From sequence record NC_028899.1: DNA of 64,000 bases; one strand, written 5' to 3'. Under the pieces are notes generated by a model. It saw only the letters and a program-made list of their open reading frames with translations. It did no database searches and had not been told where the DNA came from. Position numbers and translations under genes: made by a program. This document shows, piece after piece, positions 8,870 through 18,387 of the stretch. Each line of letters opens with the position of its first letter. The stretch's first letter is position 1.

Positions 8870-10045
8870 TTACGCCTTAGTGCGCTTGGTCGCCGGCTTC
8901 TTCACCGGAACCTTTTTCGCAGCCGGCGTCTTCGTTGCGATCATGCCGCCGTCTTCGGTCAGCAGACGGACGCGGAAACCGAACTTCGCGGCGATCGCCT
9001 TGGCCTGGTCTTGATTCAGCTTCGTACCGGCGACAGCACGTTTGACGCCGACTTCCTTGGCCACGCGCAGCATCTTCTCCATGTCCGTCACACACATCGT
9101 GCGCGTCAGATCGACCAACTTGATCGTCACGGGGAGGTCGATAATGGCAGGCGGTTTCGCCTTGGTCAGGCGGTTCAGTGCCTCTTTCAGCGCGGGTTTG
9201 CGAACAGCCATGCCCGACAGGTCGATCGTCGACAGACTTGCGACGGGAGCGGCTGCTGCCGACGAATGAGCCGTAGCCGAACTGAGCGAAGCGTCGGGGC
9301 CCGAAGACAACGATGCGCCGCCCAAGGTGCTTGCCGTCTGATCCAGAGTACCGTTGGACTGCTTGGACGCTTGGAAGCCCGTGATGGCCGTTTTGAGGCT
9401 TTCTGCGAAGGTTCCTTGCTGTCCTTCCACCAGCGTCTTCGTGTCCTTGTAGATCACGATCACGACGACGCCACGCGGCCCCATTTCCATGTACTGGACA
9501 CGATCCACGTTTTCCGGTTCGGAGTTCGCGGTACCTTCAGTGACACGAACGAGTTCCTGGCTCTTCGAGTCGTAGCCGACCCAGACAGCTTGCTTGCCGA
9601 CCTTGTGCAGCCCGTCGGTTTGCGATGCCTTCGGATCTGGATCGCGAGTCGTGATATCGTGCTCGACGACCAGGTGGCGCTTCCAGTACGAGATCGGTTC
9701 CACGACAGGCGTGTTGCTGCCTTCTTCCGGTTCTTTCTGGACCGAACGGATGGTCGGCGGGAAGACTTCCGAAACCATCTTGCCCTTGATGAGATCGAAC
9801 ATCGCCAGGTAATGCGGCTCGTCGGGCTGACGAGCCTGACCGTGGAAGACCACCGGTTCGTTCGAGTTGAACGCGATGGCGTATTGCAGGTACGGCAGAC
9901 CTGCGCCTTCTTCACGGCCGACGGTCGTGGTGAGCTTCAGACCTTGTTGCAGGCAGGCCGATGCCATGTCGGCTTGCATCTTCAGGATCGTGGCGTGTTG
10001 TGCGACGATTTCGAGGTTCGATTGATTTTTTACGAGGCTTTTCAA
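8870..10045 (-). CDS. Hypothetical protein with a C-terminal IF2 N-domain-like module and Lys-rich tail
   Basis: 391 aa, TTG start with a GGAGA RBS. 'LPVTIKLVDLTRTMCVTDMEKMLRVAKEVGVKRAVAGTKLNQDQAKAIAAKFGFRV' resembles IF2_N. Confidence 0.65.
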   Translation of the reverse strand: MKSLVKNQSNLEIVAQHATILKMQADMASACLQQGLKLTTTVGREEGAGLPYLQYAIAFNSNEPVVFHGQARQPDEPHYLAMFDLIKGKMVSEVFPPTIRSVQKEPEEGSNTPVVEPISYWKRHLVVEHDITTRDPDPKASQTDGLHKVGKQAVWVGYDSKSQELVRVTEGTANSEPENVDRVQYMEMGPRGVVVIVIYKDTKTLVEGQQGTFAESLKTAITGFQASKQSNGTLDQTASTLGGASLSSGPDASLSSATAHSSAAAAPVASLSTIDLSGMAVRKPALKEALNRLTKAKPPAIIDLPVTIKLVDLTRTMCVTDMEKMLRVAKEVGVKRAVAGTKLNQDQAKAIAAKFGFRVRLLTEDGGMIATKTPAAKKVPVKKPATKRTKA

Positions 10046-10047
10046 AA

Positions 10048-10395
10048 TTATCTCCGTTTGGAGTTTTGGGATTGGAACGACAAGTCCGTCACATGGATAA
10101 ACTTGTCGTAGAATTCGGATTCCCGAAGGATCTCCGATTGACCATCTTCGCGAATGACGATGAAATCGTACTCGTGACAGACCTGGATATTGTCACGCGC
10201 GAATTCGAACGTGATCTCTTTCATGAAACCACGCACGTTTCGCGCTCCGACTGCTTTCTGGAGAAAGAAGAAGGGGAGCTCGTCGGGATAGCCCCTGTAC
10301 TGAAAAGCGTAGTACTTCTGTGTCGTCGTCGGCACGTGAGCGTACTTTAGCAGTTCGTCTTCTTCTTTCCGTGTGAGTCGACTTTCGCTGTCCAT
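10048..10395 (-). CDS. Small phage protein
   Basis: 115 aa from ATG 10395. 'YDFIVIREDGQSEILRESEFYDKF' matches a common phage module. Confidence 0.65.
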   Translation of the reverse strand: MDSESRLTRKEEDELLKYAHVPTTTQKYYAFQYRGYPDELPFFFLQKAVGARNVRGFMKEITFEFARDNIQVCHEYDFIVIREDGQSEILRESEFYDKFIHVTDLSFQSQNSKRR

Positions 10396-10631
10396 TATTC
10401 TCCCTTCAAAGATGGGACAGGTTGGTATTTGGCCAGATCCTTGGCGAGTATCAGGATCTGTCCGTTGAGGCCGTGCAGATAGTGCATCAGGAACACTGCG
10501 CACAAAAGCACGATTATGCCGAGAACGCTTGCGCGTCGACGGTAGAAAAGTTCGTTGCACAACATGATGATGCTGACGAGCAGCAACAGGCCCAGAGCGG
10601 TGATCGCCAAAAATGCTTGCATTTTATCCAC
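10395..10631 (-). CDS. Small membrane protein (two TM helices)
   Basis: 78 aa, GTG start with an AGGA RBS, two hydrophobic stretches. First gene after the TATATTAC promoter. Confidence 0.65.
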   Translation of the reverse strand: MDKMQAFLAITALGLLLLVSIIMLCNELFYRRRASVLGIIVLLCAVFLMHYLHGLNGQILILAKDLAKYQPVPSLKGE

Positions 10632-10698
10632 TTCCTTTCTTTCTAGTAGCCAACTTATAAAGGCGTTCAGTTACATTTTACTGTCACTATTCAGGCTA

Positions 10699-10706
10699 GT
10701 AATATA
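10699..10706 (-). promoter_or_regulatory. phiKZ-type early promoter motif TATATTAC
   Basis: Exact GTAATATA on plus, intergenic, directly downstream of a terminator on minus. Confidence 0.75.
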
Positions 10707-10730
10707 TCTCCAAAAAAGTCTAGCATAAGA

Positions 10731-10758
10731 CATACAGGAGGCCGAAGCCTCCCGCATG
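10731..10758 (-). terminator. Hairpin + TATG element
   Basis: GGAGGC-CGAA-GCCTCC core with CATAC on its left. Confidence 0.65.
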
Positions 10759-11823
10759 TCAGAACAGATCTTCAGAGAACAACGGCGTGGCGCTAATGAG
10801 GAAGCCTTTATCTTCCTTATCTCGATCTCGGATGATCCCGCCCATTTGCGTTTCCATGGGATGGAACATCTTCGATGAAGAACGCGTCAGCATTACCTGC
10901 ATTTCCGGCGTGTCGACAATCATCTTGTTCTCCACTGCCATGAGCATTGCGCGGTAACGGGTAACGAAATTGCCGTGGTTCGTCAGAAAACCCTGCACTT
11001 CCCGATCATGATGATTACCTTTGGACGCCTCTTGGTATTCCACCGAATGCAAAATGTGGTGGTGACGGTGAGGCCGTTCAACGTACCAGATCACACCATC
11101 AAGCCAATTAGCAGCCGCGATCGGATATTCGTTACCCTGATCGATCGTATCTTCTACCGCACGCACGATCGGAGTGCCGAAGTTCTTCAGCTGATTGAAG
11201 TTCGTCGATCCGAAGATCGAGTTACGCAGCTTCTGCGTGGTCGCCGCATGACTGTCGAGCGGATCGTAGTTGAGGATGGTCACTTGAAGCGACGCCTCGA
11301 CGACCAACGATGCCGCTGTGGCGGTCTTCAGCCATTTACGAGGACCCGTCACAATCGCCACCACAGGTGTCTTGGACCTCCAGAACACCGCGATGTAGAT
11401 GACGTCGTACCCGAACAAGTCGCTAGGTACAATAGCATCCCAGGGAGTGCCGTCCATGATAACGAAATCACGACCCTCCATAGTCGGATGCTCGCCCATG
11501 AACTGGTTGACGTAAGCCAGTGCCCGATGGCAAAGAGCTTCAGTCGTCTGCGGGTTCAGATCGAACATCGGTCGACTCAGCCCACCTGCACGATACACAT
11601 GCTTGCAGGCATTGACAAAACGACCGACGAGTTCGTTCACCTTGGGGCCCAGACCTGCACCGCTAATTGCCCAGTGGCCGGCTACACCTGCCGGATAACG
11701 ATGGTTAGTCTTTCTTACGATCCCGCTCAACAAGCCCGAGTTGTTGTTCGACATGAGGAGTATGCTTCCGGTTGAGTGCTTTACACCATGCGTTGTAAGC
11801 TTGCCGTGCTGCCGGGAAAGCAA
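10759..11823 (-). CDS. Hypothetical protein with a C-terminal phage 'QGFLT...LFSEDL' domain
   Basis: 'IAAA..LDG...RH...QGFLTNHGNFVTRYRAM...LFSEDLF' is a recurrent phage domain. The true start may be ATG 11754. Confidence 0.7.
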   Translation of the reverse strand: MLSRQHGKLTTHGVKHSTGSILLMSNNNSGLLSGIVRKTNHRYPAGVAGHWAISGAGLGPKVNELVGRFVNACKHVYRAGGLSRPMFDLNPQTTEALCHRALAYVNQFMGEHPTMEGRDFVIMDGTPWDAIVPSDLFGYDVIYIAVFWRSKTPVVAIVTGPRKWLKTATAASLVVEASLQVTILNYDPLDSHAATTQKLRNSIFGSTNFNQLKNFGTPIVRAVEDTIDQGNEYPIAAANWLDGVIWYVERPHRHHHILHSVEYQEASKGNHHDREVQGFLTNHGNFVTRYRAMLMAVENKMIVDTPEMQVMLTRSSSKMFHPMETQMGGIIRDRDKEDKGFLISATPLFSEDLF

Positions 11824-12238
11824 ACAATCCGCTGCGTACCGCTTTTGTTAGGGAGATGTGGCCCTTCATCGCCACTTCGAAATCTGCGAGGTTCTGAGCT
11901 TCGTTCGGGTTGTACGGAATGATGCCCAGACGAATCACCATGTCGTGAACGAAATCCACGAACTCAGGATCGGGCCATCCCAAGCCTTTTGCAACTTCGA
12001 TGAGGATGTCCTGACGCCATTTCCATCCCATCAGATATGCCATGGCGTAATAATTCACTGCCTGTTCGGAGCCGACTTCCTCTTCAACCACCGAACCCGC
12101 ATTGACCCGAACCGCAGCCGTACAGAGGTTTGCGAATTCGTAAAGAAAGCGTTGCTTGACTTCTTCCGACAATGCCGGATTGAAGGTATTGACTTTGGCT
12201 TCTCTGTAAATCACGGTTCGCCTCATTAAAAGAAGCAA
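11705..12238 (-). CDS. Hypothetical protein
   Basis: About 160-177-aa ORF co-oriented with its neighbours. Start uncertain. Confidence 0.6.
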   Translation of the reverse strand: MLLLMRRTVIYREAKVNTFNPALSEEVKQRFLYEFANLCTAAVRVNAGSVVEEEVGSEQAVNYYAMAYLMGWKWRQDILIEVAKGLGWPDPEFVDFVHDMVIRLGIIPYNPNEAQNLADFEVAMKGHISLTKAVRSGLFAFPAARQAYNAWCKALNRKHTPHVEQQLGLVERDRKKD

Positions 12239-12245
12239 AAAAAAA

Positions 12246-12268
12246 TGGTGAGGGAAATTCCCTCACCA
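12246..12268 (-). terminator. Intrinsic terminator
   Basis: TGGTGAGGG-AAATT-CCCTCACCA with an A-tract on its left. Confidence 0.75.
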
Positions 12269-12284
12269 CTAACACGCCGAACGC

Positions 12285-13730
12285 TTACGCGCGCAGGAAA
12301 GCGTTCATCGCGTAGAACTTCAGGACCGGATCGAAAGCACCCGAAAGCGTGCCGATTTTCCAGCGGTCATGCGCCGGAATGTGAGCGATCGTTTCCGGCG
12401 ACATGTAGTGCCCGCCGTTCTCGACGTTGGCTTCGGTCATGAAACGACTTTGCACCACGCGCTCGACGGGCTTGCTGACGAACTCGATCGTCTCGTAGAG
12501 CGAATCGACGATCGAACGGCTCCAGCATTCCAGACGAGTCGGAAGAGTTTCTTCGTCGTTGTCCAGATACAGGCGTTCGAGATCGGTGAAGCCGACGTCG
12601 ATGAGCTCTTCTTCGTTCGTGACGATCTCGCAGTTCTCCGGCACTTCGATGGCGATGAACATGCCCAGATGCACCTTCTCGACATCGCCCGACGCGTAGT
12701 CGAGGAAGAAGTTGGTGCGCTGATAGAGCCATTGCTCCGGCGACATCATTTCGGCTTGCGCTGCCGACAGAATGATGTCTTCGACCGTGATCTCGTTCTC
12801 CGTCGGATACGGATCGCCGCCGTTGGCGCTGAGAATTGCCGAAAGTTTCATGCGAATTTCTTCACGGCCTTCGCGGAACAGGTTGTTCAGGATGCCCGTC
12901 CAGAAACCGTCGACGAGCATGCGACCCGTGAAGTTGCTGCACAAAGACATGCCGCTCGGGAGACGTTCGGCGCTGTACTTCGACTGCATCGACAGGAAGT
13001 CGTGCGAGTTGATGTGGCCGCCCACGCCGATCGAGCAACCGAGTGCTAGACGTTCTTCACCGACGCCCTTGCCACGCTGGTACACGAAGATCTGGTACTT
13101 GCCGTTGACCTTCTTGTAGAAGATGACGTACGGCAGCAACTGCACGAAGCGCGTATCGGTTTCGCACCAGCCGCGCCGAATGAAGTTCAGCGCCAGGTAG
13201 ACGCATTGGTTCAGTTCGTTCGGACGCACTTCACCTTCGGGTACAGCGAGCATCGCGTTCAGCAGTTCGCGCGCCGGGATCGCGAGGACTTGTTCGACCG
13301 GCTTTGCCTGGCCTTCGACCGACTCGCAGTAGTCAGTGTAGTTCGGCAGGCGGCCGAAGTCGTGTTCCTTGAACGGATCGTGTTCGACGGGCGGCTTTTC
13401 GTCGATCATCAGCGGGATCTGGCTCGGCATCAGGTTCGTGCCGAACTTCGGTACGGCGATGACGTCGTCGAGGATCTGTTCGCCGAACTGGTTTGCGAAA
13501 CCGAGACTCACGATGCCGCCCATCGGGGTCATCACGGTTTCTTTGTCGTCGCTCATGGCATGCGCGCGCCGGATCTGTTCCAGATTCACGGGGAACAGGG
13601 GTTGGTAGCAGCGGGCCGAGAGCGGGAACGACAGATTGCCGTCGTCCAGATCGTCTTGTTGATTGCAGGCGGGGGTGATCAGAACACGCTGTTCTTGTTC
13701 TGCTTCTTGGAATCGTTCTTCGAGCGACAT
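12285..13730 (-). CDS. Nudix-family hydrolase (COG4112-like) with N- and C-terminal extensions
   Basis: 481 aa. 'QLLPYVIF...YQRGKGVGEERL..GCSIGVGGHIN...REGREEI...HLGMF'. Confidence 0.75.
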   Translation of the reverse strand: MSLEERFQEAEQEQRVLITPACNQQDDLDDGNLSFPLSARCYQPLFPVNLEQIRRAHAMSDDKETVMTPMGGIVSLGFANQFGEQILDDVIAVPKFGTNLMPSQIPLMIDEKPPVEHDPFKEHDFGRLPNYTDYCESVEGQAKPVEQVLAIPARELLNAMLAVPEGEVRPNELNQCVYLALNFIRRGWCETDTRFVQLLPYVIFYKKVNGKYQIFVYQRGKGVGEERLALGCSIGVGGHINSHDFLSMQSKYSAERLPSGMSLCSNFTGRMLVDGFWTGILNNLFREGREEIRMKLSAILSANGGDPYPTENEITVEDIILSAAQAEMMSPEQWLYQRTNFFLDYASGDVEKVHLGMFIAIEVPENCEIVTNEEELIDVGFTDLERLYLDNDEETLPTRLECWSRSIVDSLYETIEFVSKPVERVVQSRFMTEANVENGGHYMSPETIAHIPAHDRWKIGTLSGAFDPVLKFYAMNAFLRA

Positions 13731-13839
13731 GGAAATCCCTTTCTAAAAAGTACTACCGGTTAGGTCAAACCATCCGGTACTGTGATAAAAAATAATGAGG
13801 GCGAAGTGGCTTTCGCCACCCCGCGCTCGTTTTCAAAAG

Positions 13840-14421
13840 TTACATCTTGGGAAACTCAGCCTTTTCCCCACGTTGCTTCTTGGACAGATACATCCGAAAA
13901 TCGGTGATCTGTCGCGACATCCGGTCTCGCAGCTGTTGTGTCTGACCGTAATTCAATCCGATGCTCGTCACTGCATTGACCAGCCTCGCGAAATCATTGT
14001 CGAAACGCTTGTCGGCAAAAGACGCACGAATGCGTGCTACGCCTTCTTCTTCTACCTGATTATCGATGCCGTAACGCATCTGCATGGTCTTGCCCGTTTC
14101 TACAGCCGCCATGTCATATCCGTCACGCCACTGACGCTGAGCCATTTCATGCAGGTCATCAGCACGAATGAGAACGATGAGTTCTTTATTCGCAGGTGGT
14201 TTGTTCAACGACTCACGCAAACCAGGATTGTAGACGACGTGCTGGTTATCCATGTAGGCACGCAGCGTTTCGTTATCGATCCACAACTGGTTGTAATAAG
14301 CCTCGTTGGCTTCTTTGTCAGCCTTGAAGGCAGCCATCTCTCGTTTGTGGTATAAGTGGACGAGAATGCCTATGATTACTCCTCCGAGGATAACTCCTCC
14401 AAGCACCAGTCCATAATTCAT
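13840..14421 (-). CDS. Membrane-anchored hypothetical protein
   Basis: 193 aa with an N-terminal TM segment 'YGLVLGGVILGGVIIGILVHLY'. Confidence 0.7.
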   Translation of the reverse strand: MNYGLVLGGVILGGVIIGILVHLYHKREMAAFKADKEANEAYYNQLWIDNETLRAYMDNQHVVYNPGLRESLNKPPANKELIVLIRADDLHEMAQRQWRDGYDMAAVETGKTMQMRYGIDNQVEEEGVARIRASFADKRFDNDFARLVNAVTSIGLNYGQTQQLRDRMSRQITDFRMYLSKKQRGEKAEFPKM

Positions 14422-14450
14422 CTTTGCATCTCCAGTTATAAAAAGAAAAA

Positions 14451-14484
14451 CATACCCACAGGATGAGGCAATTGCCTCATCCTG
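14451..14484 (-). terminator. Hairpin + TATG element
   Basis: CAGGATGAGGC-AATT-GCCTCATCCTG, with CATAC and an A-tract on its left. Confidence 0.75.
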
Positions 14485-14493
14485 AGAGAAGCG

Positions 14494-14919
14494 TTACTTC
14501 TTCTTGACGACTTTTCGCTCCAGCGGGATGACACCGGACACCACACCCGACTTGATTTCGTCAGAGCGCATCTTGATGAGGATGCGATTGCTGCCGGTAA
14601 CCGGCGGCAGGATGGTAACGTTCGTCCAGCCGTCGGTTTCCAGTACTTCGTGCAGGATGTTCGCGATCAGGCGATCGTCCTTGTCGTCGAGTCGGGCGTA
14701 CAGGTCGATCTCGTGTTCTTTGCCGATGTACCAGGACAGTTCACCGATCGTCGGATCGTACGAGTATAGACCCAGCTTGAAAGCTTTGCCCAGAAGGTCG
14801 AAGAAAACATCCTTGACCTCTTGTTCCGACTTGAAGCGCCGGAAAGGTTTGGAAGAGAACTCCGTGAGTTCTTTCTTCAGATGACGCTTGGCTGCGTCCA
14901 GCGAATTCATGTCGACCAT
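14494..14919 (-). CDS. Hypothetical protein
   Basis: 141 aa from ATG 14919, right after the upstream stop. GC3-rich codons. Confidence 0.7.
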   Translation of the reverse strand: MVDMNSLDAAKRHLKKELTEFSSKPFRRFKSEQEVKDVFFDLLGKAFKLGLYSYDPTIGELSWYIGKEHEIDLYARLDDKDDRLIANILHEVLETDGWTNVTILPPVTGSNRILIKMRSDEIKSGVVSGVIPLERKVVKKK

Positions 14920-14920
14920 T

Positions 14921-15382
14921 TTAGCTCTTGACGAAATAGTGTTCTGCGAAATCTTCGGAGGGAGGGCAGACATGACCATGCTTTTTCAGAGCATCGCGAG
15001 CGGCCGTGATGTACTTGACTTGTTCGTCAGGTCGCAAATCGTCAAGATCGCCGACTGCTCGAATACCCTGCTGCTGGTCGTGGCGGACCATCTGCTGCGC
15101 TACCTTTTCCGTCGCTTCTTCGATGGGCAGATAAACGAGCTTGACTGCATGGATTCGTTCGGTTTCCGGATAGTTCGGCACATAGTTCACACCGAATTCC
15201 GTCATGACTCGATTCGCTTCCATCTGATACTTGCGCTTGTCCTCAGGCGACAACTCTTCGAGCTTGTCGGTGCTGATGATTCCGAGTCGGTAATCACGCC
15301 GCACATTTTGCTCGGCTGCTCGACGAACTGCATCGTCGAGATTGTAATACTTGTTTTTGATCGGCAGGATTTCGCCAGGCAT
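14921..15382 (-). CDS. Hypothetical protein
   Basis: 153 aa from ATG 15382 with a GAGGAGAGG RBS. Confidence 0.7.
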   Translation of the reverse strand: MPGEILPIKNKYYNLDDAVRRAAEQNVRRDYRLGIISTDKLEELSPEDKRKYQMEANRVMTEFGVNYVPNYPETERIHAVKLVYLPIEEATEKVAQQMVRHDQQQGIRAVGDLDDLRPDEQVKYITAARDALKKHGHVCPPSEDFAEHYFVKS

Positions 15383-15473
15383 TAAACCTCTCCTCAATTT
15401 TAAAAAGTTGGTATTCTGGTACAAAAAAGAAAGCCCCGCTATGAAAAATAACGGGGCACCTTCGACTTCCTAG

Positions 15474-15845
15474 TTACTGGAAGTTGTGTTGTTCGTGATA
15501 CCGTTTTTGCTCAGGAGTGGGCAGATTATGCATCGCCACTTCCCAACGCCTACTCCGAACATCCGGTAAGAAGAGCGGGCGTTTCTCGTAATACAGATTC
15601 CGCCAATGATCGTGCTTGGCGACATCTTCCCAACCGTACTCGATTTTAGGAGCTTCGAACGTTTTCGGCTCAGATGCAATCGTGCCGTTCGTCCGATCTA
15701 CTTCGCTAGAGAAAGCGAAGGGGTACCCGCAATGGACGCAAAATAAACCTAAGCGTCCCTGGCCTTCGAAGTTTTTATCGCTGGTTCTTACCGTCCAGTA
15801 ATGTCCGTTATCGCAGATGTACTCTGTGTAACCTTCGTAAGACAT
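15474..15845 (-). CDS. Zn-ribbon-like hypothetical protein
   Basis: 123 aa, 'CDNGH' and 'CVHC' pairs, GAGGAG RBS. Confidence 0.65.
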   Translation of the reverse strand: MSYEGYTEYICDNGHYWTVRTSDKNFEGQGRLGLFCVHCGYPFAFSSEVDRTNGTIASEPKTFEAPKIEYGWEDVAKHDHWRNLYYEKRPLFLPDVRSRRWEVAMHNLPTPEQKRYHEQHNFQ

Positions 15846-15889
15846 TTCTTAGCTCCTCATCCGGGTAGATATACTACCTAGACTTTCGT

Positions 15890-16246
15890 TTAGATGAAAT
15901 TATTACAAGGGTGGTACTCCGATGATCCGACCGTAAAACGATCAGGATAAACTTCAGTACTACTCGTGCCACGAAACCCAGCATAAGCACGAGACTTTAA
16001 CGCGAAGACTTCTTCCCTGGTCAGGGGATTACCATGCGCGTCCATCTCTGCATGGATTTGGAAACGACGGAATGCCTCGTCAGCTTCTTTCTTGACTTCT
16101 TCTGCCGCGATGAGCCCACGACTTTCAGCTGTCAGTTTGTAAAGATATCCAGTCGGCTGTGCAGCCTGCCAACGTTCGCTTTCTTGGGCAAACCGTAGCC
16201 GGAAACGATCTCTTGCTTCCAGGCGTTTTTGTTCCTTAGTCTTCAT
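15890..16246 (-). CDS. Hypothetical protein
   Basis: 118-aa ORF whose start is embedded in the CTTTTAAAATG motif. Confidence 0.65.
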   Translation of the reverse strand: MKTKEQKRLEARDRFRLRFAQESERWQAAQPTGYLYKLTAESRGLIAAEEVKKEADEAFRRFQIHAEMDAHGNPLTREEVFALKSRAYAGFRGTSSTEVYPDRFTVGSSEYHPCNNFI

Positions 16247-16276
16247 TTTAAAAGGCTTTCCTTTAAAACGTTACAG

Positions 16277-16302
16277 GATATGACGGATGTCTCCGTCATA
16301 TC
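16277..16302. terminator. Intergenic hairpin
   Basis: GATATGACGGA-TGTC-TCCGTCATATC. Confidence 0.7.
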
Positions 16303-16320
16303 AGCTACTTCACTTTTGCT

Positions 16321-16830
16321 TCAAGGAGCGAGCGCAAAAGTCTCGTCATGTGCCGCCCACTCCTCTTCGCTGGCGCGTTTGGCATGTTCGAGATTGATCT
16401 GCCTCGTGCGCAATTGAGTCTTGCGCTTGCTACCATGATGGGATGCAATTGCAGGCCGCCGATTATACAACCGGTCCAGTCGGCGAATATACTGCAACGC
16501 ATGCCATTCGCTGATGAAAAATGCTTGCTTGGCCTCCGGGTAGAGAGAGGATGTTGCCGGCTCCGCTTTTGCAAACGGAGTATCGATCCCAACATCCGAG
16601 AAGTGATGTGAATGGACATACGAGGTCTTTTTGCGACCATCCATTTCGATCGCTTCGAACCATTCGTACGTATCCGGAAATGCGGCGTCTTCGGTTTCAA
16701 CCGAACGTTCGTAGCCGCTCGTGACGAAAAGCTTTACGATGTCTCGTGAGAAATTGAAGCCGTTAACAAAATAAAGCTTGGCACCTTTTTTCACGTCTTC
16801 GAACTTGGCACGACCAGCTTTAGTTGCCAT
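16321..16830 (-). CDS. Hypothetical protein
   Basis: 169-aa ORF with a GGAGGA RBS. Confidence 0.7.
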   Translation of the reverse strand: MATKAGRAKFEDVKKGAKLYFVNGFNFSRDIVKLFVTSGYERSVETEDAAFPDTYEWFEAIEMDGRKKTSYVHSHHFSDVGIDTPFAKAEPATSSLYPEAKQAFFISEWHALQYIRRLDRLYNRRPAIASHHGSKRKTQLRTRQINLEHAKRASEEEWAAHDETFALAP

Positions 16831-17068
16831 TGCTGTTGTCCTCCGTGGTACCGTTCGTCTTGTGAACGAACGCGTTGTATTGATCCCGCAGTACTTTGAT
16901 CGGACCCGGTTTGCCCGACAGACCTTTTTCGTCGAGACTGTCGATCACCACGAGTTCACGAATGAGATGTCCCGGTCCCATCAGGGCGCGAAGCAAATCC
17001 CCCAGAGCTTCTGCGTCCACTGACACCATCAAACGTTCTTCTTGTACTGCCGGCGCTTCGTTACTCAT
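16820..17068 (-). CDS. Hypothetical protein
   Basis: 82-aa ORF with a GAGGAG RBS. Confidence 0.65.
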   Translation of the reverse strand: MSNEAPAVQEERLMVSVDAEALGDLLRALMGPGHLIRELVVIDSLDEKGLSGKPGPIKVLRDQYNAFVHKTNGTTEDNSNGN

Positions 17069-17097
17069 TATGTTCTCCTCTACTACATTGTAAAAGG

Positions 17098-18339
17098 TTA
17101 ATCGTGGTAGTACAGCAGTTCCGATGCGTTCTTCTCGTCGATCTCTACCTCGATCTTTTCAACTTCATCGAGCGGAGTGAAAACCAGGCGTTGATACTTG
17201 CGCAGGAAATCGACAAGCTTTTGCACATCGAAAATCCAGAAATGCATCCAGTCGTCATTCAGAGGACTGAATTGCGAAATCACTCGGCCGAAACCACGCG
17301 ACTTCATGTAGTCGAAGATCCGATCCGAGTTGATCCACTTGCCGTAATGATCGGGATGAGTGCCGATCACATCGAGGATCACGTGAAGCAAGATGTCGTA
17401 TTCGCCGAACAGATACTCGCCTTTGCGCAACTTCGGACGTTCGTACTGCGGGTTCTCGTCGTAAAAGGCGTTGAACTGAATAACGTTCTCGGCCAGGAAC
17501 CCGTCGAGCGTGCGCAGTTTCAGACCGCCGCGATCATTGATCAGGTTCACCTTGCCTGCTCCACGCTTGATGACCCGACGCACATGTGCAAGGTTGTATT
17601 CCTCGGGTTCTCCAGCGAACATCTCGCCTTCAGCTTTGACTTCCTTCATGGACAGAAGGTAGTTACGAGCGCCGATCACGTAAATCGAATCGACCGTGAG
17701 TTGCTTCGGTTCCTTCATGCCAGGGCCGACAAACACTTCGACCACCGTACCTTCCGGAAAATGCGCCGGTCCGAACTTGATGTCCATCTCGGTTTTACCC
17801 GAGCGGCCGTAGCGCTTTTCGTAAGAAAAGAACTCGTAGCCATATTCTCGTTGGAACTCCCAGAACGTTTCTCGGTCCTCGATTTCGTACCCGAGCGGAT
17901 CACGCATTACCCAGCAGCCGAAAGATGTTTCGTTCTGCTGCCAAGAAATCTGCCAACCGTCTTTACTCACGAACACATCCTGCTTGCGTTCGACGAACAC
18001 TCGGTGCCATCTCTTATTCAGAGGGACCTTGTAGAAGTATTCCTTCGGATCCAGGATCGCCGACTGTAACCACATGTTCAGGTGAGCTTCGAAAACATGC
18101 AGCTTTTCGTACTTGAAATAAACGCTTCTCTGGTCTTTCAGGAAACCACCGGCGCTGTTGAAATCGCCCATGGTGCAACCCATGAGTTTCTTTTGCATGC
18201 AGCGGAAAACTTTCAAACCGAGCCGCATCATTTTTGTGTTCATGGTGAACATCTGCTTGCGATTACCGCCTACTTCAGTTGCCCACGGATTGAGCTGCGA
18301 AATGTCCAGCAGGTCACGGCGCAAGTTATTCGATTCCAT
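17098..18339 (-). CDS. Hypothetical protein
   Basis: 413-aa aromatic-rich ORF with a GAGG RBS. Confidence 0.75.
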   Translation of the reverse strand: MESNNLRRDLLDISQLNPWATEVGGNRKQMFTMNTKMMRLGLKVFRCMQKKLMGCTMGDFNSAGGFLKDQRSVYFKYEKLHVFEAHLNMWLQSAILDPKEYFYKVPLNKRWHRVFVERKQDVFVSKDGWQISWQQNETSFGCWVMRDPLGYEIEDRETFWEFQREYGYEFFSYEKRYGRSGKTEMDIKFGPAHFPEGTVVEVFVGPGMKEPKQLTVDSIYVIGARNYLLSMKEVKAEGEMFAGEPEEYNLAHVRRVIKRGAGKVNLINDRGGLKLRTLDGFLAENVIQFNAFYDENPQYERPKLRKGEYLFGEYDILLHVILDVIGTHPDHYGKWINSDRIFDYMKSRGFGRVISQFSPLNDDWMHFWIFDVQKLVDFLRKYQRLVFTPLDEVEKIEVEIDEKNASELLYYHD

Positions 18340-18387
18340 CTTTACCTCATTTTAAAAGGGACTTTCGGAGTGAGACTGCGAGTGGTC

